From a virus: DNA of 64,000 nt. The translations under genes were made by a program, and so were the position numbers. Each line of letters begins with the position of its first letter. Within the stretch, counting starts at the first letter, position 1. The DNA lies in the IMG/VR virus record IMGVR_UViG_3300008262_000014, positions 63,872 through 127,871 of that record, one strand, 5' to 3'. Below the pieces are notes generated by a model. The model searched no databases and was not told the origin of the DNA. It saw only the letters and a list, made by a program, of their open reading frames with translations. This document shows positions 48,434 to 58,708 of this stretch, in pieces.

Positions 48434-50185
48434 ATGCAAAAAAATATACCAGAAATTGAGGCTAAAGAAATATTATCCACTTACGAAGGGTATAATAATC
48501 AATTATTAGAATGGAAAGATAAATTTATTAATTTAAAAAATTTTAAATTAACAAGACCACAATCCGATTATGTAATAAAATACCATATGATAAAACCTAA
48601 GGTCGCTAAAAAATATTTAAATTTAGTACCAAGTTTTGGTGAAAAAATAAGAGAAGATAAATTATTACCTAAAGTACCTGAAAAAATTTGGTGTGAAAAA
48701 TTATTATGCGAAACAGAAAAAGCTTATCATATTTGGGGTAAAATTTTAGACACCGAACAAAATTACGCATTTTGGTTACCTAAAGGTGCGATACTACAAG
48801 AAGAAAAAAAATTAGATAGAGTTATTGATTATTCTAAATACGAAAAAAGACCACCTATGGAACATCAGAAAGTGGCAATTGAAAAATTATTGGCGAATAA
48901 TAAATTTATTTTAGCGGATGATATGGGGTTGGGTAAAACTACGTCTGCTGTGATCGCCTCATTAGAATCTGAAGCAAAAAAAATACTGATTGTTTGTCCC
49001 GCATCACTTAAAATAAATTGGGAAAGAGAAATTAAAAATTATAGTGATAGAAAAATATTAATTGTTGAAGGTCGTAAATGGGGATCAACATTTGATTATT
49101 ATATCATAAATTATGATATTATTAAAAATTATCACACAACAGAAAATGGTGAAAATAGTGACGATTATAAATTATTAGAAAACGCGGGTTTCGATTTAGC
49201 AATAGTTGATGAAGCACATTATATATCAAACAATACAGCACAAAGAACAAGATTATTAAACGATATTCTTGGAAAAATACCAAAAGTTTGGTTATTAACG
49301 GGTACTCCTATGACATCAAGACCAATAAATTATTATAATCTTCTAAAACTTGTTGATTCACCATTAACATTAAATTGGCAACATTATGTTTACAGATATT
49401 GTAAAGGTTATCAATTTAGGGTGGGTAATAGAAAAGTCTGGAATACAAGTGGAGCTAGTAATTTGGATGAATTACGTGAGAGAACAAAAAATATTGTTTT
49501 AAGAAGAATGAAAACAGATATTCTTGATCTACCTGAAAAAATAATAACTCCTGTTTTCTTAGATCTAAAAAGTACTTTCTATAATGAAGAATTAGAAGAA
49601 TTTATGAGGATCAGTAAAGAAAACAAAAAAGAAGAAAGTTTGAGTGTTACAATAAATCGTTTAATGAAAGTTAGACAAGTTATTGCTCAAGAAAAAGTAC
49701 CATACACTTGTGAATTAATTGATAAGTTTTTAGAACAAGACAAGAAGGTAATTGTGTTTACAAATTTCACAAATACTTTAGAAATGATACAAGAAAAATA
49801 CAAAAAAAATTCAGTTATTTTAGATGGTCGTATGTCTAAAATAAAAAGACAAGAAAGTGTTGATAGGTTTCAAAATGAAGATAAAATAAAGGTTTTTATT
49901 TCAAATATTGTCGCTGGCGGTGTGGGAATTACATTGACTGCGGCGGAAGGTGTTATTATGAATGATTTATCATTTGTACCCGCTCATCATTCACAGGCGG
50001 AAGATAGGGCATATAGATATGGGCAAAAAAATAGTGTTCTCGTATATTATCCAATATTTGAAAATACTATAGAAATGATAGTATATAATATTCTAAATAA
50101 GAAAAAAGGTATTATAGATCAAGTTATGGGTGATGGTGAATATTCCGAAAACTTTACTACTGAACTTTTAAGCTCAATTCTTTAA
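48434..50185 (+). CDS. SNF2-family helicase (HARP/SMARCAL1-like)
   Basis: LADDMGLGKT, IVCPASL, DEAH, LTGTP, QAEDRAYRYGQ. Confidence 0.93.
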   Translation: MQKNIPEIEAKEILSTYEGYNNQLLEWKDKFINLKNFKLTRPQSDYVIKYHMIKPKVAKKYLNLVPSFGEKIREDKLLPKVPEKIWCEKLLCETEKAYHIWGKILDTEQNYAFWLPKGAILQEEKKLDRVIDYSKYEKRPPMEHQKVAIEKLLANNKFILADDMGLGKTTSAVIASLESEAKKILIVCPASLKINWEREIKNYSDRKILIVEGRKWGSTFDYYIINYDIIKNYHTTENGENSDDYKLLENAGFDLAIVDEAHYISNNTAQRTRLLNDILGKIPKVWLLTGTPMTSRPINYYNLLKLVDSPLTLNWQHYVYRYCKGYQFRVGNRKVWNTSGASNLDELRERTKNIVLRRMKTDILDLPEKIITPVFLDLKSTFYNEELEEFMRISKENKKEESLSVTINRLMKVRQVIAQEKVPYTCELIDKFLEQDKKVIVFTNFTNTLEMIQEKYKKNSVILDGRMSKIKRQESVDRFQNEDKIKVFISNIVAGGVGITLTAAEGVIMNDLSFVPAHHSQAEDRAYRYGQKNSVLVYYPIFENTIEMIVYNILNKKKGIIDQVMGDGEYSENFTTELLSSIL

Positions 50186-50375
50186 ATTTTTCTTCTAACA
50201 TATTTTTAAGATTTTTATCTGTATCATCACATATATTAATCAAAACTTCATCATCTCTTAGATTAACATAATTTTTAGATCCTGAAGTCTGAAATGACAA
50301 CCCAATTTTGTTTTTACCACAAAATTGTAAAAACTCCATTAAAATGTTAGTGACATTATTATTCATAATAAGCAA
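50157..50375 (-). CDS. Small hypothetical protein (likely start MNNNV at 50366)
   Basis: About 69-72 aa; fills the gap between the helicase and neck genes. Confidence 0.45.
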   Translation of the reverse strand: MLIMNNNVTNILMEFLQFCGKNKIGLSFQTSGSKNYVNLRDDEVLINICDDTDKNLKNMLEEKFKELSLKVQ

Positions 50376-50407
50376 ATATAAGATATTTATTATAAAATAA
50401 GAAATCT

Positions 50408-51529
50408 ATGTCAGCAACTATAATATCACCATCAGAAAAAGAAAAATTATTTACACAAGTTCTACATCTTTTAGGTATGCCAGTTAGAGGTGTGGAATTA
50501 ACTGAAGAACAAATGAATAGTTTTTTAGAAATGGCCATATCTGAATATGAACAATATGTTAGTGATTGGTTAATAGAATCACAATGGTCATCTTTAGCTA
50601 ATTTAGATGTCGATACAAATTCATTAACCAGAGCTTTCACAAACAGAAGTTTAGATTATGAAACTCAATATACTTACGCGTACTCTAAAATAGTTGGATT
50701 ACAAGCGGGTGGTCCTTGGGAGCTAAAAAAAGATTATTTTGATTTGGAAAGAAATCAACAAACATACGTTATCCCTGCTGGTCGTGAAATAAATGAATTA
50801 TTATGGTACACAAGAGCAACATTAACAGATTCAATTGTTGACCCATTTTTAGGTGGATTTGGTGGTCTTGGTGGTGTTGCGTTTGGTGGTGTTGGTGGTT
50901 TTGCACAAGTAGGTGCGGCCGGTTCATATTTCTTATTACCTGCATTTGATTTATTACTAAGAATGGGTGACAGGAATATTAAAAACAGATTAATCGGTGG
51001 TGATTTAACATATAGAATAACAGCGGGTCCAAATGGAACTAAAATTGTACATTTATTAAATGTACCTGGAGGTAAGTTTGATTTTGGATCAATACAGAAT
51101 AATCGTCAAAGAGTTTGGTATTGGTATTATGATGCCGGTGACAATAGAGATGAATGTTTAGAAAAAAATAAAGATATTATTAGATTACCTTCAGATGTTA
51201 TGACTGAACCATTAGTATGGGAAGATTTAAATAAACCATCACAAAACTGGGTTAGAAAATATTTTATTGGATATTGTAAAGAAGGATTGGCCAGAATTTG
51301 GGGTAAATTTTCTGGAGACCTTAAAGTACCTGATAGTGAAGTTAAACTAGATTATAGTTCATTGTTAACTGAAGGTAAAGATGAAAGATTAAAATTAGTT
51401 GAAGAATTAATGGCACGTTTAGAAAGAATGCGTCCCGATAAACTTTTGGAAAGAAAGAAAAACGAAGCGGAATTTCTTAACGGTTCATTGAAATATAGAC
51501 CTATCCAATCTTTGATAAATGTGATCTAA
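50408..51529 (+). CDS. Neck / head-tail adaptor protein (T4 gp13-like)
   Basis: LLGMPVRGVELTEEQM, WVRKY...KEGLARIWGKF, LLTEGKDE. Confidence 0.8.
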   Translation: MSATIISPSEKEKLFTQVLHLLGMPVRGVELTEEQMNSFLEMAISEYEQYVSDWLIESQWSSLANLDVDTNSLTRAFTNRSLDYETQYTYAYSKIVGLQAGGPWELKKDYFDLERNQQTYVIPAGREINELLWYTRATLTDSIVDPFLGGFGGLGGVAFGGVGGFAQVGAAGSYFLLPAFDLLLRMGDRNIKNRLIGGDLTYRITAGPNGTKIVHLLNVPGGKFDFGSIQNNRQRVWYWYYDAGDNRDECLEKNKDIIRLPSDVMTEPLVWEDLNKPSQNWVRKYFIGYCKEGLARIWGKFSGDLKVPDSEVKLDYSSLLTEGKDERLKLVEELMARLERMRPDKLLERKKNEAEFLNGSLKYRPIQSLINVI

Positions 51530-54423
51530 CTTTCTACTGAATGAAATGAGTAATCGTTTCCATTAGTTTCTATAATTTCATCTTCATTAGACATAATACT
51601 ATTTTCTTGGTGTTTAACCACTTTTCTATTATGTTCTATCCAATGTTGGTCAACTAAGTTAAGACTATCTTCCACATACATAAAATATGGATCACGATTA
51701 ACCCTATTCCAAAATAATACTTCACTATCGGAAAGTGTCATTACTTCATTGAAATTATCCTGTCCACCTTCTTTTAATGGATGTCCACTAATCAATTCAC
51801 ATTGTGATTTAGTGAAGTATTGACGATCTTTCGGATCTTCTATTAATATATCTTCTCTTATTTCAGGTTTAAATACAACTAATAATGGTTCTATTCTTTT
51901 ATTGAAATTATTAAGATAACGAGGTACATTATAATCACCAGTCATGTTAGGGTTATTCTGAATATCTTTTTCTGAAACCATGTAACAATTAACTTCTATA
52001 AAATCATTAGGCATTTCCACACCATATTTTTTAAGATATTCTTCTTGTTGTTTTTTAGTTGGTTTAGTTATTTTTTGTACATCACCAGATGATTTTTTAA
52101 TACCATTATTGATATAGTATATTGTTTCACCCAAACCGGCAGGGTAGTTATTTTGAATAACTAATTCCATATGCGCCTGTCTTGACATTAATGATCCCGC
52201 TTTAGTTGTTTTCTTTATGTGTTTTTTATAATCTTCCACACTTTGTTTTACACGTGATTTGTTCGCTATTTTAGATAATGGAATTTCTTTATTATGTATC
52301 TTTTCAACATACGAATAATATAATTCAACAAATGAATGTCCATCACCATTTAACAAATATTTTAAACCTTCATCTAAAAACTCAACAATATATTGTTGTA
52401 ATTTTTTTGATTTAATTGTATTGCCTGTTAACTTTATTTTTTCTTTACCTTTCTTAATTAATTTAATGATATAGTTTTTCCTCGATACATTTATACAGGA
52501 CGGAGCAACATAATCAATATCTAACCCCATCTCATTCCTCATAAAAATATCGTTAAACTCCGCAGTATCCGCTTCAATACCTTTATATTCTTTTCCTTCT
52601 GTAACTAATTCATTTAATCCTTTACCAATATAAACGTGATCGTTAATGTCTTCTGGTGTTTCAAAGTTAACACCATCAGTATCCATAACAAGAGGTTTAT
52701 ATCCTTTCTTCATAAAAAACATAATCATCATACGAAGACATTGTCTACCTACACATGTAATAGTTTCACCCATATTCATATCACCCCATGGAAATACCTG
52801 TGGCGCCGACAGTGAACCAAAATATGCGTTGATGAATATTTTAATTGGTAATTGTTTTCTATCGTACATTTCTGATTCAACAGGATTTGTTTTAGCAAGT
52901 TCACCGGCAAGTCTTTTATATTTGATACGAATGTTACGGAAATATTTTAACATTGATTTTTGTACACCCATAACATCACAATCAGGAAATACATCATATA
53001 CAAGTTGAATTGATGGATAAAGAGATGCGTAGTCAAACTTAACAATATTCTTTGCATAGCCCACATTTAACAATCTTGACAATCCACCCGTGATTGCTCT
53101 TTTTTCATCTTTTTCGGGTATTGCCAAATTATTTTCATAAGACCATGCCAACATTATTATTTTCCATAATGTTGCAGTGCCCATTGTTGCAACTCTTTCA
53201 TAAGTTGTCGGTACTAATTTAGATAGTAAAAATGTCGATTGACTAAAAGAATCATCAACAATCATTGTTTCATAAAGATCATCATCCAAATATTGTTCCA
53301 CAATTCTTTTACCTGGCCATATTTCGTATTTACCAGGATATTTCTCTAATAAACCCTCAGTACCTTTTTCACCAATTTTTTTGTAATTACCCGTTTTTGG
53401 ATTTAGATAATATAATTCATTGTCTAAATAAATTTTAGAAATGTATGCACCATCAACGTATACACGATTTTCTTTTTCTTTTTCAAGATATTTCGTAATA
53501 TATTTCAAACCCCAAGATTTAATCTCAGAATTTATTGCTTGTGCTCTTCTTACAGAATGAGCAATATCGATTATATTAAATCCCCAAATAACGTGTTGAG
53601 TATACGGTTCGATCTCATTGGCGAGTTTTAGTATTCCCTCTTTTTCTTTCATTCCCTGTGACGTTAAAATACTTGTCAATTCATCAACATTAACACCAAG
53701 TATTTCCGCTCTTTTCAGTATAAAAGGGAAGTCAAATGATGCAGAATTATAACCACCGATTATTGTTGGTTTTAATTCTCTTATTGTTTTAAAAAATTCC
53801 TCAATACATCTTTTTTCACCATCATCACCAAAAGCGTCGATTGTTTTAACCAAACCACGATTATCTTTCATACCGATTAAGATTATCTTATTGGTTTCAG
53901 GTTCAAGACCCGTTGTCTCAATATCGAATACAAGTCTATGTACACCACTATAATCATCAATACCCTTGAACAATCTTTTTTTCTTTTGAATTAGATATTG
54001 TTCAACAGGTGATAATATTGTAAAATATTTTTTAGTTTCATCACCCCAAGGATTTAACCCACCGAATCTAAAGAAATTAATTAATTCGGTATAACCTTTA
54101 ATACTTTTAACGAGAAACTTCATCCCGTTTTCTAATCGTTCGTTACCATGGGTTTCTAACTTCTCAATGATAATACCAAACTCACCCATTTTTTTCTTTT
54201 GGGTCATTTTACTATTATTGTAGAAATTTAAACCATTTAGATCGGAAACCCATAAAAATGGAGTAAAAGTGTCGGGTACAACAATTTTACCCTTTTGAGG
54301 GTCTTGTATAATTTTATAAATCTTATTTGTGGGATAATCGTATTCTACACCAACGATAAACTCTTCGGGATCTGCACCGTTTAGGAAGTTCTCGATAACT
54401 TCCTGAGAAATAACTTCTTTCAT
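51526..54423 (-). CDS. DNA polymerase, family B
   Basis: Exonuclease motifs FDIETTG and GYNSASFDFPF; polymerase motifs DYASLYPS, KIFINAYFG, MDTDG, KNY. Confidence 0.95.
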   Translation of the reverse strand: MKEVISQEVIENFLNGADPEEFIVGVEYDYPTNKIYKIIQDPQKGKIVVPDTFTPFLWVSDLNGLNFYNNSKMTQKKKMGEFGIIIEKLETHGNERLENGMKFLVKSIKGYTELINFFRFGGLNPWGDETKKYFTILSPVEQYLIQKKKRLFKGIDDYSGVHRLVFDIETTGLEPETNKIILIGMKDNRGLVKTIDAFGDDGEKRCIEEFFKTIRELKPTIIGGYNSASFDFPFILKRAEILGVNVDELTSILTSQGMKEKEGILKLANEIEPYTQHVIWGFNIIDIAHSVRRAQAINSEIKSWGLKYITKYLEKEKENRVYVDGAYISKIYLDNELYYLNPKTGNYKKIGEKGTEGLLEKYPGKYEIWPGKRIVEQYLDDDLYETMIVDDSFSQSTFLLSKLVPTTYERVATMGTATLWKIIMLAWSYENNLAIPEKDEKRAITGGLSRLLNVGYAKNIVKFDYASLYPSIQLVYDVFPDCDVMGVQKSMLKYFRNIRIKYKRLAGELAKTNPVESEMYDRKQLPIKIFINAYFGSLSAPQVFPWGDMNMGETITCVGRQCLRMMIMFFMKKGYKPLVMDTDGVNFETPEDINDHVYIGKGLNELVTEGKEYKGIEADTAEFNDIFMRNEMGLDIDYVAPSCINVSRKNYIIKLIKKGKEKIKLTGNTIKSKKLQQYIVEFLDEGLKYLLNGDGHSFVELYYSYVEKIHNKEIPLSKIANKSRVKQSVEDYKKHIKKTTKAGSLMSRQAHMELVIQNNYPAGLGETIYYINNGIKKSSGDVQKITKPTKKQQEEYLKKYGVEMPNDFIEVNCYMVSEKDIQNNPNMTGDYNVPRYLNNFNKRIEPLLVVFKPEIREDILIEDPKDRQYFTKSQCELISGHPLKEGGQDNFNEVMTLSDSEVLFWNRVNRDPYFMYVEDSLNLVDQHWIEHNRKVVKHQENSIMSNEDEIIETNGNDYSFHSVES

Positions 54424-54512
54424 TATTATATTTTTAAATGTGACACATTAGCTTACCGAAAATCGGTAGTTTGCCTTAACATCAATAAATATAATTAAAA
54501 AATAAGGTTAAA

Positions 54513-54881
54513 TCAAAAAATGTTAATAAAAAGTTTTTCTTTTAGAGGTACGATTAATTTTGTTGTGGGATTTGAATTTGTGTCTAAAAACTGAATGGTG
54601 ATAACACCTTCGAATTTACCCTTTACTGAAGTACCTTCTTCCGTGAATCTATAAGTAATATAATATTCATCAGTTGTTTGATCGTATTTTTTTGTTCTTG
54701 TTGTTAATAAACATTGACCATTTAAAATTTGTGGTTCCTCCGTTTTTACATCAAACATGTCAAATGTTATGTCACAACTTTCCAACATATCATTGAAAGA
54801 TGACTTATCATTTTTTCCGTCATCAATCAATCTTAACTTTAAAATAGGTTCTGTGGCTCCCTGTCTGATATTAAACTCCAT
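54513..54881 (-). CDS. Putative structural protein (BppU N-terminal-like beta sandwich)
   Basis: FNIRQGATEP...YRFTEEGTSVKGKFEGVITI; TATTTAT upstream. Confidence 0.5.
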   Translation of the reverse strand: MEFNIRQGATEPILKLRLIDDGKNDKSSFNDMLESCDITFDMFDVKTEEPQILNGQCLLTTRTKKYDQTTDEYYITYRFTEEGTSVKGKFEGVITIQFLDTNSNPTTKLIVPLKEKLFINIF

Positions 54882-54947
54882 TTATTCTTTTACAATAAAT
54901 ATTCAAACTAGGATTCTTTTCTTAATTTACCATCATAAAAATCAAAT

Positions 54948-57167
54948 CTATTGTGTTCTGTTGGGGTTAATAACAATAATGTTTTTATTACCTGTTTTAC
55001 TAACAATTTGTGGCCAATTACAATAATATACTTCACCAGTTACATATGAAAGATTTTCTGATGTGAAAATATTTTTAAAATTAGTTCTGGGGGCATTGGG
55101 ATCTAACCCTATTTTAGGTAAATTTCTCTTGTTTGGCCAGAACTTTTCTCTTATATTTTGTGGTACATTGTACCATGACCATTGAGTACCGTTATCTCCA
55201 AAAAATTCACTATAGTTTAATTTTAAAAAATCAAAATTATTTTTATGTGTAATTTTAAGTGACTTTTTAAATAAATCTTTTACGTATCTATTGAATCCAT
55301 TTCTACAAACCTCACCTTCTTTAGGATAAAAAAACATATCGTCTTCAAAAAATAACATGTAATCACTATCACTTTCATCGAAATGTTCTGCAATCCATTG
55401 TCTTCCACCACAAATTCCTAAATTATCTTTTTTTATGTGTTCAAATCCATACTTTTCACATAATTCGATATATTTTGGTGTTGTTGATGAATCGGTAGAA
55501 TTATCTAACAAATATTTTTTTGTCTTTTTAATATAGTTTATATCATATTCTTCCATTGATTTTAGAAGTGTCTCAAATTGATTTGGACTATTGAATGTTA
55601 TTACATATAGTGAAACTTTATTAATATCCAAATCATTTTCTATTACTGTTTCATCATCTGCAATGTGTGTTATTTTTTCAGATTTAACAACTAAATTATC
55701 ATTTTTTAAATCCTCAAAAAATTTAGAAACTAATCCATTACCATTTATTTCTGAATATGTTATTGATTGAGGGTATTTGTAAGTCATAATTGTGAAAATA
55801 CTCTCTTCTGTCCCCATTAAATTATTATTTAATGTTTCTTGTAATAATCCATAATAAATCGAGTTTATTTCACTTATACTTTCTTTTAATCCACCAAAAA
55901 ACCCACCTCTAGCCACTTTATTAACTTTTGATCCTGAATAATTATTCATTTCAGAAATTTCAAATCCATGTATTTCTGTTGTTGTTTCATATGGGAAACA
56001 AATAAAATGAAAATTATTAACATATTTTGGTAGTTTTTCTAAAACATTATCGTGTGTAAAATAACCCATATGAACAGTATTCGCTAAACCCGCATCAATC
56101 CAAAACAAATATTCAGAATTAAATTTATCTAAAATTTTTGCATCGTGTAATAAAAAAACTTTAGACATCACTAATGGATTATACAACTCTAATTTTGCCT
56201 GTGTTGAATCTTTCAACCAACCTACTTGGTTAAACCAATTTGGATTATTTCTTATTTTTTGAATCTTATCGAAAAATTCGTTATTCTTGAACCAAGATAA
56301 ATCTCTTAAAATAAATTGAGTGTTTTTACCACTTCTTTTTGAAAAAACAAATTTTTGTAATTCTTCATCACCAAAAACAATTAAATTTTCTTTTATTTCT
56401 AATAATTTAGAAAATTTATCTAAGTAGTGATCATAAGATCTTGACCATCCTTCAGTTAAATTAGATCGTCCTAAATCCCACAAACCTGTTACTAATGTAA
56501 CACCACCATTTTTAACAAAGTAGTTTTCATCCATTTTTCTATTTTTTCTATACACACCAACATGTTCAACTATTTCTTTTGTTGTATTGTCAACATTTTT
56601 ACTTTTAAGAAAATCATCTATTGCCAATTTTACACCAGGTAAGTCATGTCTGTTATAATCATGAAAACATATATAACCACCATCCGAAACCCTATCCCAA
56701 ATTTTTTCCAAACTATCGTATATTGAAGTATAAAAATCACCATCTAAAAATGCGAAAGAAATTTTTTCAGGTAGATTATCTTCAGGTATATCTTTAAACC
56801 AATTTTTATTTATTATTGGGATTGGAAGATTATTTTTTTGAAAATTTTGAATTAACACTTGTTGTGTTGTTTTTAATGTCCCTGCTCTCCATCCCGTATT
56901 TTTTTCTATTTCTGACAACTCCGGTAACCCCTCAAAAGAATCATATACATATAAATTTTTATTTGATGAGGTCTCTATTAATGTTTTCATCAAGTATTTA
57001 CTTGATTCACCAACGTAACATCCTAATTCAACGACATCACCATCAACATTATCTTCTATTGTGTGTAATAATAAATCAACCAATAATTCTATCTGTGAAA
57101 AAGAAATTATAGATGCGTCTACACGAACGTTATCAAAATTTAATATTTTTTCTCTAACTAAACTCAT
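54948..57167 (-). CDS. Tri-domain glycan-modifying protein: TylF/MycF O-methyltransferase + HtrL/YibB-like + GT-A glycosyltransferase; C-terminus apparently frameshifted
   Basis: GDVVELGC...YDSFEGLP...FLDGDFYTS (TylF); TLVTGLWDLGR...LFWIDAG (HtrL-like); NLGICGGRQ...FFEDDM (GT2-like). Confidence 0.8.
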   Translation of the reverse strand: MSLVREKILNFDNVRVDASIISFSQIELLVDLLLHTIEDNVDGDVVELGCYVGESSKYLMKTLIETSSNKNLYVYDSFEGLPELSEIEKNTGWRAGTLKTTQQVLIQNFQKNNLPIPIINKNWFKDIPEDNLPEKISFAFLDGDFYTSIYDSLEKIWDRVSDGGYICFHDYNRHDLPGVKLAIDDFLKSKNVDNTTKEIVEHVGVYRKNRKMDENYFVKNGGVTLVTGLWDLGRSNLTEGWSRSYDHYLDKFSKLLEIKENLIVFGDEELQKFVFSKRSGKNTQFILRDLSWFKNNEFFDKIQKIRNNPNWFNQVGWLKDSTQAKLELYNPLVMSKVFLLHDAKILDKFNSEYLFWIDAGLANTVHMGYFTHDNVLEKLPKYVNNFHFICFPYETTTEIHGFEISEMNNYSGSKVNKVARGGFFGGLKESISEINSIYYGLLQETLNNNLMGTEESIFTIMTYKYPQSITYSEINGNGLVSKFFEDLKNDNLVVKSEKITHIADDETVIENDLDINKVSLYVITFNSPNQFETLLKSMEEYDINYIKKTKKYLLDNSTDSSTTPKYIELCEKYGFEHIKKDNLGICGGRQWIAEHFDESDSDYMLFFEDDMFFYPKEGEVCRNGFNRYVKDLFKKSLKITHKNNFDFLKLNYSEFFGDNGTQWSWYNVPQNIREKFWPNKRNLPKIGLDPNAPRTNFKNIFTSENLSYVTGEVYYCNWPQIVSKTGNKNIIVINPNRTQ

Positions 57168-57177
57168 AATATTTTTT

Positions 57178-58707
57178 TTAATTGAAATACCCTAATTTAT
57201 AAAAATAATTTTTATTATCATCAATGTTTTCTGATCTAAAAAGATTACAACCACCTTTTTCGTTTGGTACTGCACTTATAATTGGAAACGATTCAACAAC
57301 AGGATTAAATTTCCTGTCATTTATATAATTCATCACTATTCTTTTTATTTTGTTTTTACCTAAATGTGCGGAAATTACAATATCATCACTCCATGATTTA
57401 CCAACAAAATCAGTAAAAAAATCTTCGGTAAAAAATCTTCTTTCTACTGATACTGTTTTATATCCCTCAAGAATTCTAACACTCGTATCTTTATTTAATG
57501 TTGTACATAAATGACACGTATTGTCATATGAACTTATTCCCGCAAAACCTAAAGCAGTATCTGGATATATTTCTTTTTTCATTAAATGATATTCAATAAA
57601 ATAATCCATATAATTTATATCATCATCTACAATTATTATTATCTGATTTGGATCTAAAATTCTTTTAAGTGTCGGAACAATCTTTGTTATTGAACCATAA
57701 TCATCACATCTAAAAATTTTTAGTTTTTCTACAGTTCTTTCCATTTCTAATAACCACTCAGGTATAATATATTCTTCACCTGTCTTAACATTTATATATG
57801 GAATATTAAAATGTATTTCATAATTCTCATAAGATAGAGTGGTTAATCTCTCTATAACCGATTTAACCCCCCAATCCTGTCTTGTTTCATTTAATCTAGA
57901 TGGTATAGTAGATAATGTTAAAATAACTTTAGGTTTATTTTTTAATTCAATCTTTGTGATATCTAAGTTTTCTAAAATGATTTCTTTATTTTCTATAAAA
58001 TTAAAATCGGACTCTAATGTTTTAACATTTGTTGTGTTTATTAAAATTGTTTGTCTACCATTTACAAGAGGTATATAACCATTCTCTATTAGATGCGGTG
58101 TTAATAGTTTGTCTTTACCTCCATCTTCTGTAATGAAATCAGTATCATCAATAATAATTAAATGAACATCAGATAATTTATCTTTTGCCGCTAAAAATGC
58201 TTCTAAATGTTTTTCTGCATATTGTGGAGTACCCTTATCCCAACCATCTAAAAAAAGAATATCTATTTTTTTATCGAAATTTTTTAAGAATGATATTCCG
58301 TCATTTGGGATGTGTACATTTAAGTTATCTGGCTGTTGTTCCCCAATATTTGAATATGACCAAGATATTGATGTTTTACAATTTTCATCAATATCTACAG
58401 TGTGAACATCAAAACCATATTTTGACCAAAAAAAAGTTGAATGTCCGTCACTACAACATGGTGGAGATACCAAAGGATTTGGTTCTAAATTGAAATAATC
58501 AATACATTTTTGTGTGACAGAATATCTTGAGCTACCAATCTCAACCACTGTTTTTAAATCTAGTTTTTTTCCTAATAATATACCTAATTTTAGATATGGT
58601 GCGGATTTAGATCTAAAATTTACGTGATCATCACCTGTTAAATTATCAAAGTCCCAAAATTTTTTATCTATCTTAAAATTATTAATTAACTTATAAATTT
58701 CTCTCAT
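57178..58707 (-). CDS. Class I SAM methyltransferase fused to a GT-A glycosyltransferase
   Basis: VVEIGS...IDILFLDG...IIIDDT; then LSTIPSRL...DDYGSITK...IVDDDINY...SDD. Confidence 0.75.
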   Translation of the reverse strand: MREIYKLINNFKIDKKFWDFDNLTGDDHVNFRSKSAPYLKLGILLGKKLDLKTVVEIGSSRYSVTQKCIDYFNLEPNPLVSPPCCSDGHSTFFWSKYGFDVHTVDIDENCKTSISWSYSNIGEQQPDNLNVHIPNDGISFLKNFDKKIDILFLDGWDKGTPQYAEKHLEAFLAAKDKLSDVHLIIIDDTDFITEDGGKDKLLTPHLIENGYIPLVNGRQTILINTTNVKTLESDFNFIENKEIILENLDITKIELKNKPKVILTLSTIPSRLNETRQDWGVKSVIERLTTLSYENYEIHFNIPYINVKTGEEYIIPEWLLEMERTVEKLKIFRCDDYGSITKIVPTLKRILDPNQIIIIVDDDINYMDYFIEYHLMKKEIYPDTALGFAGISSYDNTCHLCTTLNKDTSVRILEGYKTVSVERRFFTEDFFTDFVGKSWSDDIVISAHLGKNKIKRIVMNYINDRKFNPVVESFPIISAVPNEKGGCNLFRSENIDDNKNYFYKLGYFN

Positions 58708-58708
58708 T

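Noticed and set aside
20654-54423. Inteins or introns in RNR, helicases or DNA polymerase
   Set aside because: Lengths are normal, motifs are contiguous, and no splice-junction or homing endonuclease motifs were seen
54440-54480. c-di-GMP-I riboswitch suggested by GGCAAAC plus a hairpin
   Set aside because: Lacks the GNRA loop, the GACGCAAAGC junction and the second stem
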